This document shows, in pieces, positions 19,594-31,518 of a stretch of DNA of 43,640 bases. The notes below the pieces were generated by a model. It saw nothing but the letters and a program-made list of their open reading frames with translations, was not told the origin of the DNA and ran no database searches. The translations under genes were made by a program, and so were the position numbers. How positions within the stretch are numbered: the first letter of the stretch is position 1; every line of letters begins with the position of its first letter. The stretch is from Chrysochromulina tobinii (Eukaryota), in NCBI GenBank assembly GCA_001275005.1, contig JWZX01003392.1:1-43640 (forward strand), read 5' to 3'.

Positions 19594-21450
19594 TTACTCC
19601 AAACCAAAAAAGGCGGCGGGACTGCAGTCGAACCGCGCCCTAGCGGTTGCGGCAGGCGCAGCACGCCCGTCGGCTGTCTCCTTGGCAGCGCTAGTCCGAG
19701 GCGGAAGGCGTGCCGTTTGTGAGATCCTCACGGCACTTCGGCCGTGGCGAACAGTAGGCAGCGATTTTGGGGTGCCAACTTGCGCTCGCTGCTCGTCGAG
19801 GCTGTCCTCATCGTCTTGGCCAAAGAGTGCCTCGAGAGTCGTGGGCAACGCCCGTCGAGAAGCGTCACGGCGAGCGTCGTCGAGAAGCGTCCCTTGCCTG
19901 CCGTCCTCGTCCTCGTCCTCGTCCTCCTCCTCCTCCTCTTCCTTTTCAGCCTTCGGCTCTACAGCCAGATCGAGCGCCGGGAGAGCATGCCTCTCCTGAA
20001 AAGACGCCGTTCCAGGGGCGATCGGATTCAACAGCTCCTCGCCCACCGCTGCCTGCGCTGCCGACGCTGCCGACGCCTCCACTGCCCCCTCTCGCCGTCG
20101 CATCTTGTACAGGCTCACCTGGTGGAACAGCTCGGAGCCCGTACGCGAGTGCAACCCACGGCCTGCCCGCGCAATGTAGCGCACGCCGCCCTTGGCCATG
20201 CTGATGATCCCCACCTCGAAGCCAGGCGCCATGCTGGGCGCGCCGGCTGCACCCGCCGATTCGGCCTCTTGTACGGGCACCTTCAGCTTGTGGGGATTGC
20301 TCTCATCGCCCGTCGCATCCGCATGCTCGCCGAGGGGTGAGGTGACGCCAGATCCTCGCCAGTCCGGGCTCCCCGGCGGCGGCTGTAGTGACCTCGGCAT
20401 CGGCCAACGCTGCCATCGGACGCCGACTGTGTCGCCTGGCTTGACCGTGCTGCCTTGGCCCAAGATCACGTCCTGCACCACCCAGCCGCTCAGCAAGTCG
20501 CGAGACGGGGCTTTGAGGCCGCCGCCACCGGCACCAGCGCCGCCGGGCGCAGGAGCCATCGCTGCCGCCTCGAGGGTCGCTTTGAGCTGCTTGATCTGCG
20601 GCTTGAGCTCGGCCGCTTTCTCATAGTCCTCAGCCTCGACCGCTTGCGTGAGCTCTGCCTGAAGGCGCAGGTACGGAGCCTGCAATTCCATCAAGTGGAC
20701 CGCCTGCATCTCGGCCATGCGCGCCGCGTTCTTCTCGCCAGCGGCGGCGGCGGCGGCTGCGGCGGCAGCGGTGGTGTCTGGGTGCGCAGTCGCAAAGGCG
20801 CGCACCAGCGTAACGAGCTGGAGCAAGTTCGTCGTCTGGTCGTGCGTGGCGAAGTTGAGCAGCCATGTCTGGCCGGAGTCGTCGTGCAAGCTCACGCTCA
20901 GCTCACTCGGCACGCCGACCGGTCCCATCACTGTCGTGATCGAGAAGGGTCGCTTGCTCTGCGGCTCGTACAAAACGAGTTGGAAGGGCTTGGGTGTCGG
21001 CCCGCCGATGAGCGCCAACCCCGCGGGGCGTAGGGGCTGCCATTCGCCCTCGAGCTTCTTGAAGACCTGGACCAACGCTGCAAAGAGTGTCATGCTCGGC
21101 CCGTCGCTGTGTGGCGTGTTCTCCCGAGGGCGCACGGGATCAGGCTCGGGCGCACTGGGTGATGCGGCAGGTGCTGCAGCTGACATCGCGGTGGGGGCTG
21201 GCGCCGGTTTAGGTCGCACCGGAGGCTTCCAGCTCAGCTGTTCCAGTGCATCATCTTCTGCGTCTGTTTCAAATAGGTGGTTGAGATGGCTTGTCCGATT
21301 GACAAGCCCACCCTTGGCCGCAACGACCGCAGGGGCCGTCAATCGCGAGCTCGCTGGACGCAGGCTGAAATCATCATCCTCGAGGCTAAGGAGAGCCGAT
21401 ATCTGACGAGGTCGGGTCTCCGCGGCGGCCTTCGTCGAAACGTTGAACAT
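19594..21450 (-). CDS. FKBP15/WAFL-like protein (PH/WH1-like domain + degenerate FKBP) with UVR-like insert
   Basis: FQLVLYEPQSKRPFSIT and LHDDSGQTWLLNF. FKBP remnants QDVILGQGSTVKPGDTVGV and GFEVGIISMAKGGVRYI. Start at MFNVST is inferred. Confidence 0.75.
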   Translation of the reverse strand: MFNVSTKAAAETRPRQISALLSLEDDDFSLRPASSRLTAPAVVAAKGGLVNRTSHLNHLFETDAEDDALEQLSWKPPVRPKPAPAPTAMSAAAPAASPSAPEPDPVRPRENTPHSDGPSMTLFAALVQVFKKLEGEWQPLRPAGLALIGGPTPKPFQLVLYEPQSKRPFSITTVMGPVGVPSELSVSLHDDSGQTWLLNFATHDQTTNLLQLVTLVRAFATAHPDTTAAAAAAAAAAGEKNAARMAEMQAVHLMELQAPYLRLQAELTQAVEAEDYEKAAELKPQIKQLKATLEAAAMAPAPGGAGAGGGGLKAPSRDLLSGWVVQDVILGQGSTVKPGDTVGVRWQRWPMPRSLQPPPGSPDWRGSGVTSPLGEHADATGDESNPHKLKVPVQEAESAGAAGAPSMAPGFEVGIISMAKGGVRYIARAGRGLHSRTGSELFHQVSLYKMRRREGAVEASAASAAQAAVGEELLNPIAPGTASFQERHALPALDLAVEPKAEKEEEEEEDEDEDEDGRQGTLLDDARRDASRRALPTTLEALFGQDDEDSLDEQRAQVGTPKSLPTVRHGRSAVRISQTARLPPRTSAAKETADGRAAPAATARARFDCSPAAFFGLE

Positions 21451-21534
21451 CGATGGGGGGTTCACCGCGCCGTCGGGAAGTTGTCGGAGGTCGCGTTGCT
21501 TGCGAATTAGAGGGCTGTGAATCATGTGTGAAAC

Positions 21535-21630
21535 TACAGAAGAAGGCCCTGGTGACCCCGATGATCCTAGAGGCCTTCGGCGGCATTTCACCGCACTCTC
21601 TACGCTTCATCCGGCGCCTCGCGCTGCATT
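21535..21630 (+). mobile_element. relic of the restriction-like endonuclease of a non-LTR retrotransposon (CRE/R2-like)
   Basis: Translates KKALVTPMILEAFGGISPHSLRFIRRLA, resembling the RLE C-terminal P-x-x-x-E-x-F-G-G-helix motif. Confidence 0.5.
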
Positions 21631-22346
21631 TCTGCATCACACATGTACAAGCCGTCGGGCAAGCCGTCTTCTAAGTCTTCGTCGAGGCGTCTTCGTCGAG
21701 GCGCTACATGTACGCCTACGTAGGCGCTACGTACGCGCTACATGTACGCCTACGTACGGGCAAAAGGATCGCGCGCGCGCGACAGCACCGAGATGAAGAT
21801 GCGCCTTATCAAGGACGCGCTTTAGCGCGTTAAGGCGACCGGGCTGCCTCGGCGCCGGCGAATTGGAGGGGCCGAGGGTCGCGATCTGGTTCTACATGTA
21901 CTGTACAAGTATCGTATGAAGCATTAATATGAAGCAATTGATATGAAGCACACGGGTACTGTCTGTAACGGGTCAACACAGTAGCTACATGGTACCGGTT
22001 AGAAGACACGCCGGGAGGAGCTGGGTCCTGAGGCGCACACGAGACAGACACACGATTCATCTCTCCTCCTCATATCCTCCTCAAATACCGAACCGCGCGA
22101 TTCCCCTCCCTAACCCCTCCCCAGCGCCTACGAGACCTCGGCGTCGGCGTTGAATCGCGCACCACGGCGCCATGTGCTCCTCCCAACAGGACGATTACAT
22201 CCCTCGAGACCTCCGCGTCGGGCCCCACCTGGAACTTGGCCTTCCCCTTCGCCTTCCCCTTGGCGACGTGGACCGTGTGGAGCGCCGCCTTGGCAACCGA
22301 ATGGCAGTGGCGGCGATGCTGGTAGTGGATAAGAGAGTCCCAGCCA

Positions 22347-25228
22347 TCACCACGCATCCATTGCAGCGCAGAGGTATGGTGCATGATACAGGGCGGCCGC
22401 CGACGAGAGATGATGGTAATCATCGTATGCGCGCAAACTTGTTCCGGGAACCTGGCTGTTGCACACACGGCCATCGCACAGCAATGGGCCAAGCTCATAC
22501 ACGAAGACAGTGTTTGGGTATCGTGCTGCAAGCGCGTTCTTGACGCCGAGATTGTAAGTCCGATGAGGTTCCGTAGACCAAGAGTTGTACGCATACTCGC
22601 ATTCGGAAGAATGGAGGTGACGGGCACATGGGCCGGGATCAAAGCCATATTTCATCCCGAAGCTATCATGCAGCAGCAGCAACTTCGCACCCCTCGCCTG
22701 TATCTGCGGCAGTAATGACGCTTGGTAGAAGGCAACGAAGCTACTCTCGCTGACCGAAGATCCCGGTGCGTGTAAATCTATTTCCCATCGCACGAGAGCG
22801 ACGACGTCCCCTGCTCTCAAGCCCTGCTGCAGCATCATGAGGACGGTCTCCTGGTATTGCCGCACCTTGTCTCCAACATAAATGTCCATGCAGCGGTTCC
22901 ATACTTCTCTGGGCCCGAGGGGGCATATCCCCGCAGCGGTCCACACAAAGACCATGCCGACTGCCTCCGCAGCTGCTCGAAGGCCAATTGAAATGGCGGC
23001 TGCATGAGAATCCCCAAAAAGCCAGAGGGCCCGCTTGTTCTCAGGGCCCCTGTTTGGTGTGAGGCACCTGACCACCAACTGCATCTCAAAGTGGGCCGGA
23101 CCACTTTGAGAGTTCGGTCTTTGCCAGCACGGGTCATGCTGCCACCAATGCGACGTGTGCCCAGATGTGGCGGCTTCATCAAGACATGGCACCGGGGCGG
23201 CGGTGTCTACCTGTGGCGGGCTATGAAGAGTGCTCACACTTCTGGGATGCCCAGGGAACGGGCCAGAGTTTCTGCACATGCACCGTGCCGCATGCGGCGA
23301 CGGCGGTGGTGGCGGCAGTTGGGGGGCAGCACGGGTTACACGCGGAGGACAAGATGGTGATGGCGGCGATGGCAGAGGCTGGGGTGGTGACAGCGGCGAC
23401 ATATGCGTCATTTGACTAAGGTGGCCTGGCAACGGCGGGAACGGTGGTGTTAACATTGTCACGTTGGCGATGGTGGAGATACGCGGAGGACATGGTGGTG
23501 GCGGCGGTGGCCGCGGCTGGGGTGGTGACAGCGGCGACACATCAGTCATTTGACTTAGGTTGCCTAGGTGGCCTGGCAACGGCGGGAACGGTGGTGTTAA
23601 CATTGTCACGTTGGCGATGGTGGAGATACGCGGAGGACATGGTGGTGGCGGCGGTGGCCGCGGCTGGGGTGGTGACAGTGGTGATGCACCCGCCATTTGA
23701 CTTAGGTGGCCTGGCAACGGCGGGAACGGTGGTGTTAACATTGTCACGTCGGCGACGGTGGAAATATGCATGTTAGCGTATTTGAGCGCCTGAAGCGCTA
23801 TCTCGAGAAGGCCGATCATCCCGAAGCCCAGTGCAAAGATCAGCCAGCGACGGCGTGGGCGCCATCGCCGCGCGTAACCCTCAACACCATGGTAAATGAC
23901 CAGCGCCGCAACCACGGTAATTGCAATCGCTGCACATCTGTCTGTCATCGCGTCGAAATCTCCGAGCCACTTGAAGCCGACAAAGACAGGCCAGTGGGCC
24001 AGGTACAGGGGGTAGGAGAGGCGGCCAACATACGCAACGGGTGCACAGCCAATGAACGTCGGGATGAGGGGTGACGTGATGCGACCACTGCTCCCAGGAA
24101 TCACTTGGGGTTTGACTAGCGAGGGGCAGCCGAGGGCAATCAGACCGAGGGCTGCGCCGATGGCAAAGATCGACCAAGGGAGCGGAAAGTCGTGATCGCC
24201 AGGCGTCAGTGTGAAAGCGACAGCCATCAGGCCTAAGACGGTCATCTCGCCCGTGATCACGGCGAGCCACGCCAATGCACCGCGCCCCTGATCTGGATGG
24301 CTTTGCTGCCCTTCGCCGCTCATCGTCACAGTTGTGGTCGCCGTGCGGTCGCCGAGCTGCCTCCTCGACCGGTCGTCTTGCCAGTGGTACAGGATGGCGC
24401 CGGACATCAGCTGCCAGAAGCGCGATGGGGTCATGTAGAAAGCCCACTGCTGGTTGACGTATGTGGCCACGAAGCACGTCACAAACGAGAGCGCCGCCGT
24501 GCAGACCAGCAGGCGGGATGGGCGCTGGCTACAGTGGTTGCCAGAGCCAGCCACAACACGGGTGCCATAGGCCATCACAAGGATCATCGGGAAGGTGAAG
24601 TAGAACTGCTCCTCCACACCTAGCGACCACATGTGAGTGAAGGGGTTGCTCTCGAGGGTCTCCGGGCCATCGTCAGTGTACCCCTGCCCGCGCAGGGCAA
24701 AGTTGACATTGGCCATGCCGAGCAGCGCCCACTGAGCAGCGGTGTAGTACTCGTCCAGCCGATCGTACACCGGAGGGAAGGCCGTGGCGAGGAGGACGCT
24801 CGTGGCGAATACAGAACACCACATAGCCGGAACCAGTCGTTTGACACGCCGCGAGTAGAAGTCTAGCAGCATGTCACGGGCTGAGGCGCTCTGTTTTCGC
24901 AGCAGGCTGCCAGCCACGACAAAGCCCGAGATTACGAAAAACATGTCAACGCCTGTCAGACCTCCAGCTGCGCGCACGGCAGCGAAAGAGAGTCACATGC
25001 CAGCAAGTGTCGGTAGCATGTCAGGTGGACGACCCCGTGCGTTTCGTAGAGAGTCAGGTTCGACCACTTGCAATTACGCAGCCACTCATGTTTCATGTGG
25101 TAGAGGATCACTGCTGTCAGGGCGACCGCTCTTAGGCCATCGACATCCGGCCTGTACTCGGCATTGCTACTAGTCAGGGATTGCAGTGAGAGCTGATGAG
25201 AGGGGTCCTGTGCCTCGATATCAGCCAT
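22347..25228 (-). CDS. OafA-like acyltransferase-3 fused to SGNH domain (intron 24968-25077; start could extend to ~25441)
   Basis: YRPDVDGLRAVA, spliced WLPGGLTGVDMFFVISGF, HMWSLGVEEQFY and GRLSYPLYLAHWP. SGNH motifs FGDSHA and DYHH (DxxH) are present. Confidence 0.92.
23340..23770 (-). repeat. three near-identical 138-147 bp coding repeats forming a Pro-rich linker
   Basis: The anchor ggtggcctggcaacggcgggaacggtggtgttaacattgtcacgt occurs at 23420, 23567 and 23705. Confidence 0.92.
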
Positions 25229-26696
25229 CTGAATCTTCTCCTCGTCTTGCACTACTTGATTAAAGCGGTGCTTGTGCCGCTGAATGCGCCCAATGCGTCG
25301 GGGCCCAAGAATGCGGCGTGGATCGCGTGGCAGCGTCACGACCTCCTTGTGGTTCTTTGCTGCGGTCTCTGACGCCTTCAGGCCGTTGTGCTCGCCGACG
25401 CCGCGGCCATGCGACCGCTGGTTCCTCCGTGGCATAAACATGACGGCGGGCACACAAGAGGATTCGATTCTATTCTCGGTGTCAAACTCGGTCGGCGTTC
25501 CGCTTATATTCCGCTTATGGGAATATGGAACGTTAGGCAACGATGCATGCATGCTCGGCCTGGCCGAAGGCCGGTCGCCTGGGAGCCCTCATTCACACTA
25601 CGCCACTGAACCTGGACGCGTCGACGGATCGACGACTGGCGGATGTTGAGGCGAGCGGGACTGCGGGAGTCACAGTTGAACGGCGAGCGACGAGAGGAAG
25701 GGTATCCTTATTGCAAAGTTTGGTCGGCTGCGGCACGGGCTGTTAACGGGCTTTCTCTCTCGCGTTTGTCTAGCGTTTGTCATCTCGACGAGCGTGTCTG
25801 ACGCGGCGCCGACTGACCTCGAACTACCGCTTCGTCCTATCCATGTATCCCTTTCCCCTACGTATCCCCTTTTCCCCTTCCCCTCTCTCTTAGAGAGATT
25901 TGTAACTGACCAGCTACCTACCAATTCTATACGAGCCGTACGTGCGACATCGTATAGCTAACATGTACTTGTTCTCCGAGGACCCGCGCACCATCGAATC
26001 CCACATAGAAGTTGGAACGGGCGCCAACGAAGCGCGACGCCACCCGCCACTGTACCGTTCGTATACCATAAACAGTGCCACTGACGCCGGGGCCGACGAT
26101 GATGGTTGAGTCAACCTGTACCTGATCGAGGAGGATGCCGACCTCCGCTCCCTGGAGCCTCCCGTCCGGCCACCTCCGCAAGCGCCCGGGCGGACTGACG
26201 ATGCTCGGCTTCCGAACAGTCGAGTATCACGCCAACCGGCCCCGGCCCGTACCGGACGGGCCCGGCCCCGGTGGCGCCGGGGACGGTCTTGGGTCTAGGA
26301 CTAGGTGGTATCGCGCGAGGTATTGCGTGCGAACGCGATCTAGGATCACTTTTCTCCAATTTTTTTGGTCCACCCCAATGGTGGGTACGAAACTGCGTCG
26401 GCCGATAATATCTCATTCAAAAGTGTCAAGCGACAGAGACATCTGTCATCTCCACCGTGCCATCCATACTCCCTCTGCCTCTCGAGCTCTCGCCCCTCAG
26501 GGCTCAGCTCGCCTAACCGCCCTGCACCCGACAGCTCAATTCCACCGGGTCGTACCCTGGAGCAGACTTGCACTTCTTTGCCCCTCTCCCGCAAATCATC
26601 GCATCATGTACTCTGGCGCCACGATGCCTCGAAGCGATGCCCCGCGTGGCGCCGCCAACCATGCTTTGCCATTGCGCCCTTCGGCACCTTGCCCAC

Positions 26697-29600
26697 TCAG
26701 TCGTCGTCGTCCGAGTCGTTGACGACGTTGCGGCGCTTGTGCATCGGCGCTGGAGCGGGCGATTTAGCGCTCTGCCACGCCGCGCTCGAGTGGGGATCGG
26801 CATTCTCGGGCGAGTCGATCGCGGCGGCGGCAGCGGGCCGCTTGAGTCCACGCGCACTCGCGACGGGAGGAGGCGGCCGCGCCTCATCGTCCTCGAGACC
26901 AATGACCTCATCCTCATACTCCGCCTCATCGTCCGACGGTGGCAGCTCGGGCTCCGGGCTCGAAGGCGGCTCGACGTCGCGCGCAGCGGCCGCCTTGGGC
27001 GCCCCGCCCTTACACGCGTGCGGCGCGCGCTCCTCCATCTCGTCCTCGTCCTCCTCGTCCTCGCTGCCGCCGGCCGTGACCGAGGCCGAGCGGCCCGCAG
27101 CGCTACCAGTGAGGCCGAGCTTAGTGGCGCGCCGGAGGACTTCGAGGGCCGAGCGAGGTGCGAGGAAGCCCGCCATGATGTGGTGCCAACCGTCCATGGC
27201 GCCGAGGGCCTCATATCGCTCGCGCAGCGTCGCATCCTCTTCGGACGTCCAGGCTGGCTTCTTTGGTGCGCTCACGCGCCGCTTCTTCTCATTGGCGCCG
27301 CGGTGGTCGCCTACCGAGGCGCCTTTGGTCGCCTTCGACAGGATCTCAGCGGCCCTCGACGGCGGGGCTTGCGCGGGGCGTCCCGAGAGCTTGGGCGGCG
27401 CCTTGTCGTCGTCGTCGTCGTCGTCCGACGGAGGGAGCTCGGGTTCCGGGCTCGAAGGCGGCTCAGAGTCCGCATACCGCGGCGCCGCCGGCATACCCTC
27501 TGTCTCCATGCCGGTCGCGCCGCCCTCGACCTCCTCGCGCCCATACACATAGTCGGGGTCCTCCTCCCCTCCACCGCCGAAGGCCTCGAGCCCATCGCCG
27601 CTCGGCTGCGGCTGCAGGTACGCGGGCACCTTTTTGGCCTTGCGCTCCTGGTACGCGTTCACGATGTCCTCGCACTCATGGGCCTTCTTCCACACAAGCG
27701 CCTCGACGAAGACGGCTGGGTTGCGCTCGGCGACTGTGAAGAAGCGGCGTGTAACGTACCGACACGTGGCGAGGAGGTCGGCGTGCTGTGGCGCGCGCGC
27801 GGCGGGGCTCTCGAGGATCTTAAGGAAGGTCGTGAGAGTCGAGAGCTGAAAGAGCATCGCCTCGAGCTTGCACTTCTTGACGAGCTGCTCGATCAAAGAG
27901 AGCGCGGAGCGGATGGCGTCCGCTGGCACCGTCTCGAAATGGCTGAGCAGCGACACGTAGCGCGAGACGACCTCGCGCTGGCCCGCGAACTTGTACAGCT
28001 CGTGCTCAAAGTCGAGCGCCGCCTCCTGCATCATGATCTCCGCCTCGTCCTCCTCGTCTCCCTCGTCGGGCTCCGGCAGGCCGAGGGCGACGTCGTCACC
28101 CTCCTCGCCCGGCATCGCCGCGCTCGCCTTCTTCTTGCGCTTGGCCTTCTTCTTCTTCTTGCGCAGCACGAGGGCGCCGTTGCCGTAGCCTCGCAGCTGC
28201 CGGAGCACCGCGTGCGTCATCACCGCGCAGTCGGCCATGTAGCTCGGCGGCATCCGGTGCGGCTCGTAGTTCTCGATCAGCCCCCGCAGCAGCTCGAGCA
28301 CCTGCCCCTCGTAGAAGATGTTGCGCCGGATGGTGGTGGCGGCCGCCTGCGTCTGGGCGTCGCCGTGGCGCACCATCGCATCGAGGAACCCAAAGAGCTG
28401 GCGCAGCAGTGACACCACGACGCCCAGCGGCAGCCAGGCTTTCTTCTCGAGCAACTCGCGGCAATTGCGCAGGGCGATGGAGAAGACTGACGCGTCCGCG
28501 AGGGCACCCACGGGGCCGACCTCAAGTTTGCGCGACGGGTCGGCGTCGCGCATCTGCTGCTGCTGCTGCAGGTGCGCCTGCAACACCCACGAGGCGACCG
28601 CCGCGAAGAACGTGTGGTCCTGTATGATGACCTTACCCGCGTTGAACGCGTTCGAGCCGAACACGGATCCTTCGAGGTCCTTGACGACCGTTGACATGAG
28701 TGCATTGAACGGGCCGCGGAGCAGTGTGTCTACGACGTCGCGCACGACGCGCTCCGACTGCGCGTCCGCGCGGAAGGTCATCGGAGCAGCCATTGGCATC
28801 TTGGCCTTGCTCGGCCGCCGCTTGGCCGCCTGCTGCAGGTTGGGCTCGCCATGGCCGTTGAGCGAGTCGACAGTGTGCACCGTGCCGAAGACGGTCTGCA
28901 CGCGGTAGGCGCCGCCAAAGTTGGCGTGGCGCGAGGGGCGCGCCGATTGGAGCGCGGCGTTCTCCGCGCGCTGCGAGGCGAGCATCTGCGCGAGCGCACC
29001 GCCGGGGCGAGACATCGCCTTGCGCGAGCCGGACGACGTGCGGGCCGCCGCCGCCGACGACGAAGCCCCGCCCGCCGCGCCCGCGGCGGGCACGGGCGAC
29101 TTATTGGCGCGCGGTGCATCGAAGATAGTCAGCCCGGCGGCCCTCCACTCGACCTCGAGCGCCTCACGTATGCGATCGCGCTGCTCTTGGCGCGCGGTTG
29201 CGCCAATCTCATGCAGGAAGCTGTTCGAGGAGTACATGCTCGTGCTCCACGCGTTGAAGCGCTCCTCGACCGTCGCGTTGAAGGCACAAGTGTACGTGCG
29301 CGGCGCCGAGCTCACACTCGTGGCGACGTGCTGCTGCTGCTGCTGTGCCGCTGGTGGTGTTCTCGAGGCGTCGAGGGACGTCTCCGACTCGTCGAGCGTC
29401 TCGAGCGTCACGTTGCGCAGTTGCTCCGACGACGAGCCTGCCTCGGCCGCGGCCGCGGCCTCCGCGGCCGCCCCGTTGGCGACCACTCCTCTTGTGGCGC
29501 CGGGGCGCTCAAGGAGGGCGGCGCCCGCACGCGTAGAGCGCGGTGGGCGTGTGCGCGGAGAGCACGTAGTACACGATCTCGAGCAGCGTCAGGTTGAGCG

Positions 29601-30351
29601 CGCGGTACGCGAGCGCGCCAGGCTCCTCGACCTGCTGCAGCACGTACAGAGCAAGCTCCAGGGCATGTTCTCGCTCCATCGCCACCAGCAGCGATCGCAG
29701 CACCTCGGTGCGCGTTTGCACATCGGCGGCGCGACTGGGCTCGGGGGGCGGCTCGTCCGGGTGAGCCGTGTACAGCAGGTTGAGAAGCAGCGCGAAGAGC
29801 AGCTCGATCGACAGCGAGTCCTGCTCCGAGCGCTCATCCTCACGGACCGAGAGCGGGCGCGCGAGCAGCCGCACAACAGAGCCCATGGCGTCCGAGCGCA
29901 CGAAGGCGCTCTTGTAGGCGCGGTGGTAACGCCGCAGCTCGTCCAAGTATGCGCCGATCGACGGGTCCGGCTGCTTCTTCTCCTTCAGGTGGTTGACCAT
30001 CTTGTACCCGAGGTCCTCGGGCTTGAGGGTCAGCTTGACTACGACCTTGAGCACCTCGAAGCAGAGCTTCGGGTCAGAGTCAGCCGTCACACGCAGCAGT
30101 GGAATGAGGTGATTCTGCAGCACGCGCCACGAACCGACCGCGCGGGTCGCCGCGAGCTTCATCGGATCGTCACGGCGCAGGTAGCGCTGCAGGTCGGAGA
30201 TGCAATCCTTGCATTCCTCGCCGATGAGGTACTCGGGCGGCGCGCCGTCGGGCGCCTCGTGGAAGGTGCCCATGCCCGCGAGTATCAGCAGCAGCTCCTC
30301 CTCATCCGTTACGTCGAGCTCGGTGCCGCCCACCTGAATGCGGGCCGCCAT
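26697..30351 (-). CDS. TIMELESS: TIMELESS/Tof1/Swi1 fork protection protein; frame break near 29491-29530
   Basis: N-terminal YLIGEECKDCISDLQRYLRRDD..HLIPLL, SRHANFGGAY, EAMLFQLS, NPAVFVEAL and Myb-like WTSEEDATLRERY. Split across ORFs 29509-30351 and 26697-29486. Confidence 0.9.
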
Positions 30352-30518
30352 TGCCTTCGTATTGCCGCCGGCGCCGATGCAAACTCTTGGCGCGAGAGTG
30401 CGCGCGCCGTTTCGAACTTCACGCGCAAGAGTTCATAGCATTTAGCAACAGGGAAATGTCCTTTCGCGTTTTGGGAAGCGCTGGAAAAACCGTCAGCCAC
30501 ACGGTCTACATGTGACCT

Positions 30519-31316
30519 CTACACGTCCCAGTCCTCGGGATTGAGCATACCGAGGGGCGGCGGCCAGCCAAGATGACAGCGGATCTTGCCGCGGCACGCG
30601 TTGAAGATGGCCATCTTGCCCTCCTCGGTGAACGGGTTGTTCTGGAAGTAGAGGAACTCAAGCGCCTGGGCGCCAGCTCCCTTGTTGAGTGAGTCGGCTA
30701 AGGCCCTGCAGCCCTCGTCGCCGATCTGATTACCGTGGAGGGCCAAGCGGTTCAGCTGCCTGCAGCCGGTCAGAAGCGCCCTGCCGAGCGCCGCTGCGCC
30801 TTCGTCCGCAATTCGCGTCTCGTTAAGGAAGAGCCACTCGAGCCGCTCGTAGTTCTCAGGCTTGGCGAGCGTCGCGGCAATCGCCTTCGCGCCCGCATTG
30901 CCAAAGGGATTGCGCGTGAGGACGATCGTTGTCAACCCGAGCGACTGCGTCGCATCCGCGAGCGCCGCCACGCCCGCGTCGCCAATCTGGTTGTCGGACA
31001 GGTGAAGCGTGTCCATGCGCTCTAGCAGCTTGATGCCGGCCGCAATCGAGATAGCACCGGCATCGCCGACGGCATTCTTCGTGAGATAAATCTGGCGGAG
31101 CGTCGCAGGCCTCATGACCTGGATGGCGCGGCCGAGCTGCACACCGTCCATGTCGGTGTATCCCTTCTCGCTCTGGTAGAAGATCTCGGCCGTTGCAAGC
31201 TTCTCCTGGCAGTCGTACCCTGGGAGCTCCATGAGCGGGAAGTGCTCGCTCGGAGCCGACTCGAAGCTGAACTTGGTGAAGAAAGCCTTGATGTCGTCGT
31301 CGATCTCGGTCGCCAT
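30519..31316 (-). CDS. RI-like leucine-rich repeat protein (NLRC3-type LRRs)
   Basis: ~28-aa repeats L..L.L..N.IGD.GA.ALA. Confidence 0.88.
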   Translation of the reverse strand: MATEIDDDIKAFFTKFSFESAPSEHFPLMELPGYDCQEKLATAEIFYQSEKGYTDMDGVQLGRAIQVMRPATLRQIYLTKNAVGDAGAISIAAGIKLLERMDTLHLSDNQIGDAGVAALADATQSLGLTTIVLTRNPFGNAGAKAIAATLAKPENYERLEWLFLNETRIADEGAAALGRALLTGCRQLNRLALHGNQIGDEGCRALADSLNKGAGAQALEFLYFQNNPFTEEGKMAIFNACRGKIRCHLGWPPPLGMLNPEDWDV

Positions 31317-31451
31317 GGCGCGCTGGCGGCGGCGCTATCGCAACCGTGTTCCTGGCGCCACAGGCGCTCGTCGCTCCACACAGGCGCTCGTCGCTCGCTC
31401 GTGCTGCCGTTCTCCATTGATAGTTTCATGTTTTGCACTATGAATAGAACA

Positions 31452-31518
31452 TAGTTCAGTTCAGTTCAGTTCGATAGGCTTCCGTATGGTTGTCTGTAGT
31501 TTATGTAGTAACTGAACT
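31452..31518. repeat. short element with inverted (AGTTC)n/(AACTG)n ends flanked by a direct repeat
   Basis: gaatagaaca at 31442-31451 and 31519-31528 flanks agttcagtt...aactgaact. Confidence 0.55.

Noticed and set aside
21451..21591. N-terminal extension of the 665-aa ORF
   Set aside because: It overlaps the antisense retroelement relic, and MFNVST at 21450 is the more plausible start.
22105..22120. CCCTAACCC telomere- or template-like motif
   Set aside because: Single short occurrence in a pyrimidine tract with no supporting structure.
26365..30438. Long plus-strand ORFs (395, 614 and 505 aa) opposite TIMELESS
   Set aside because: Antisense shadows in GC-rich coding DNA.
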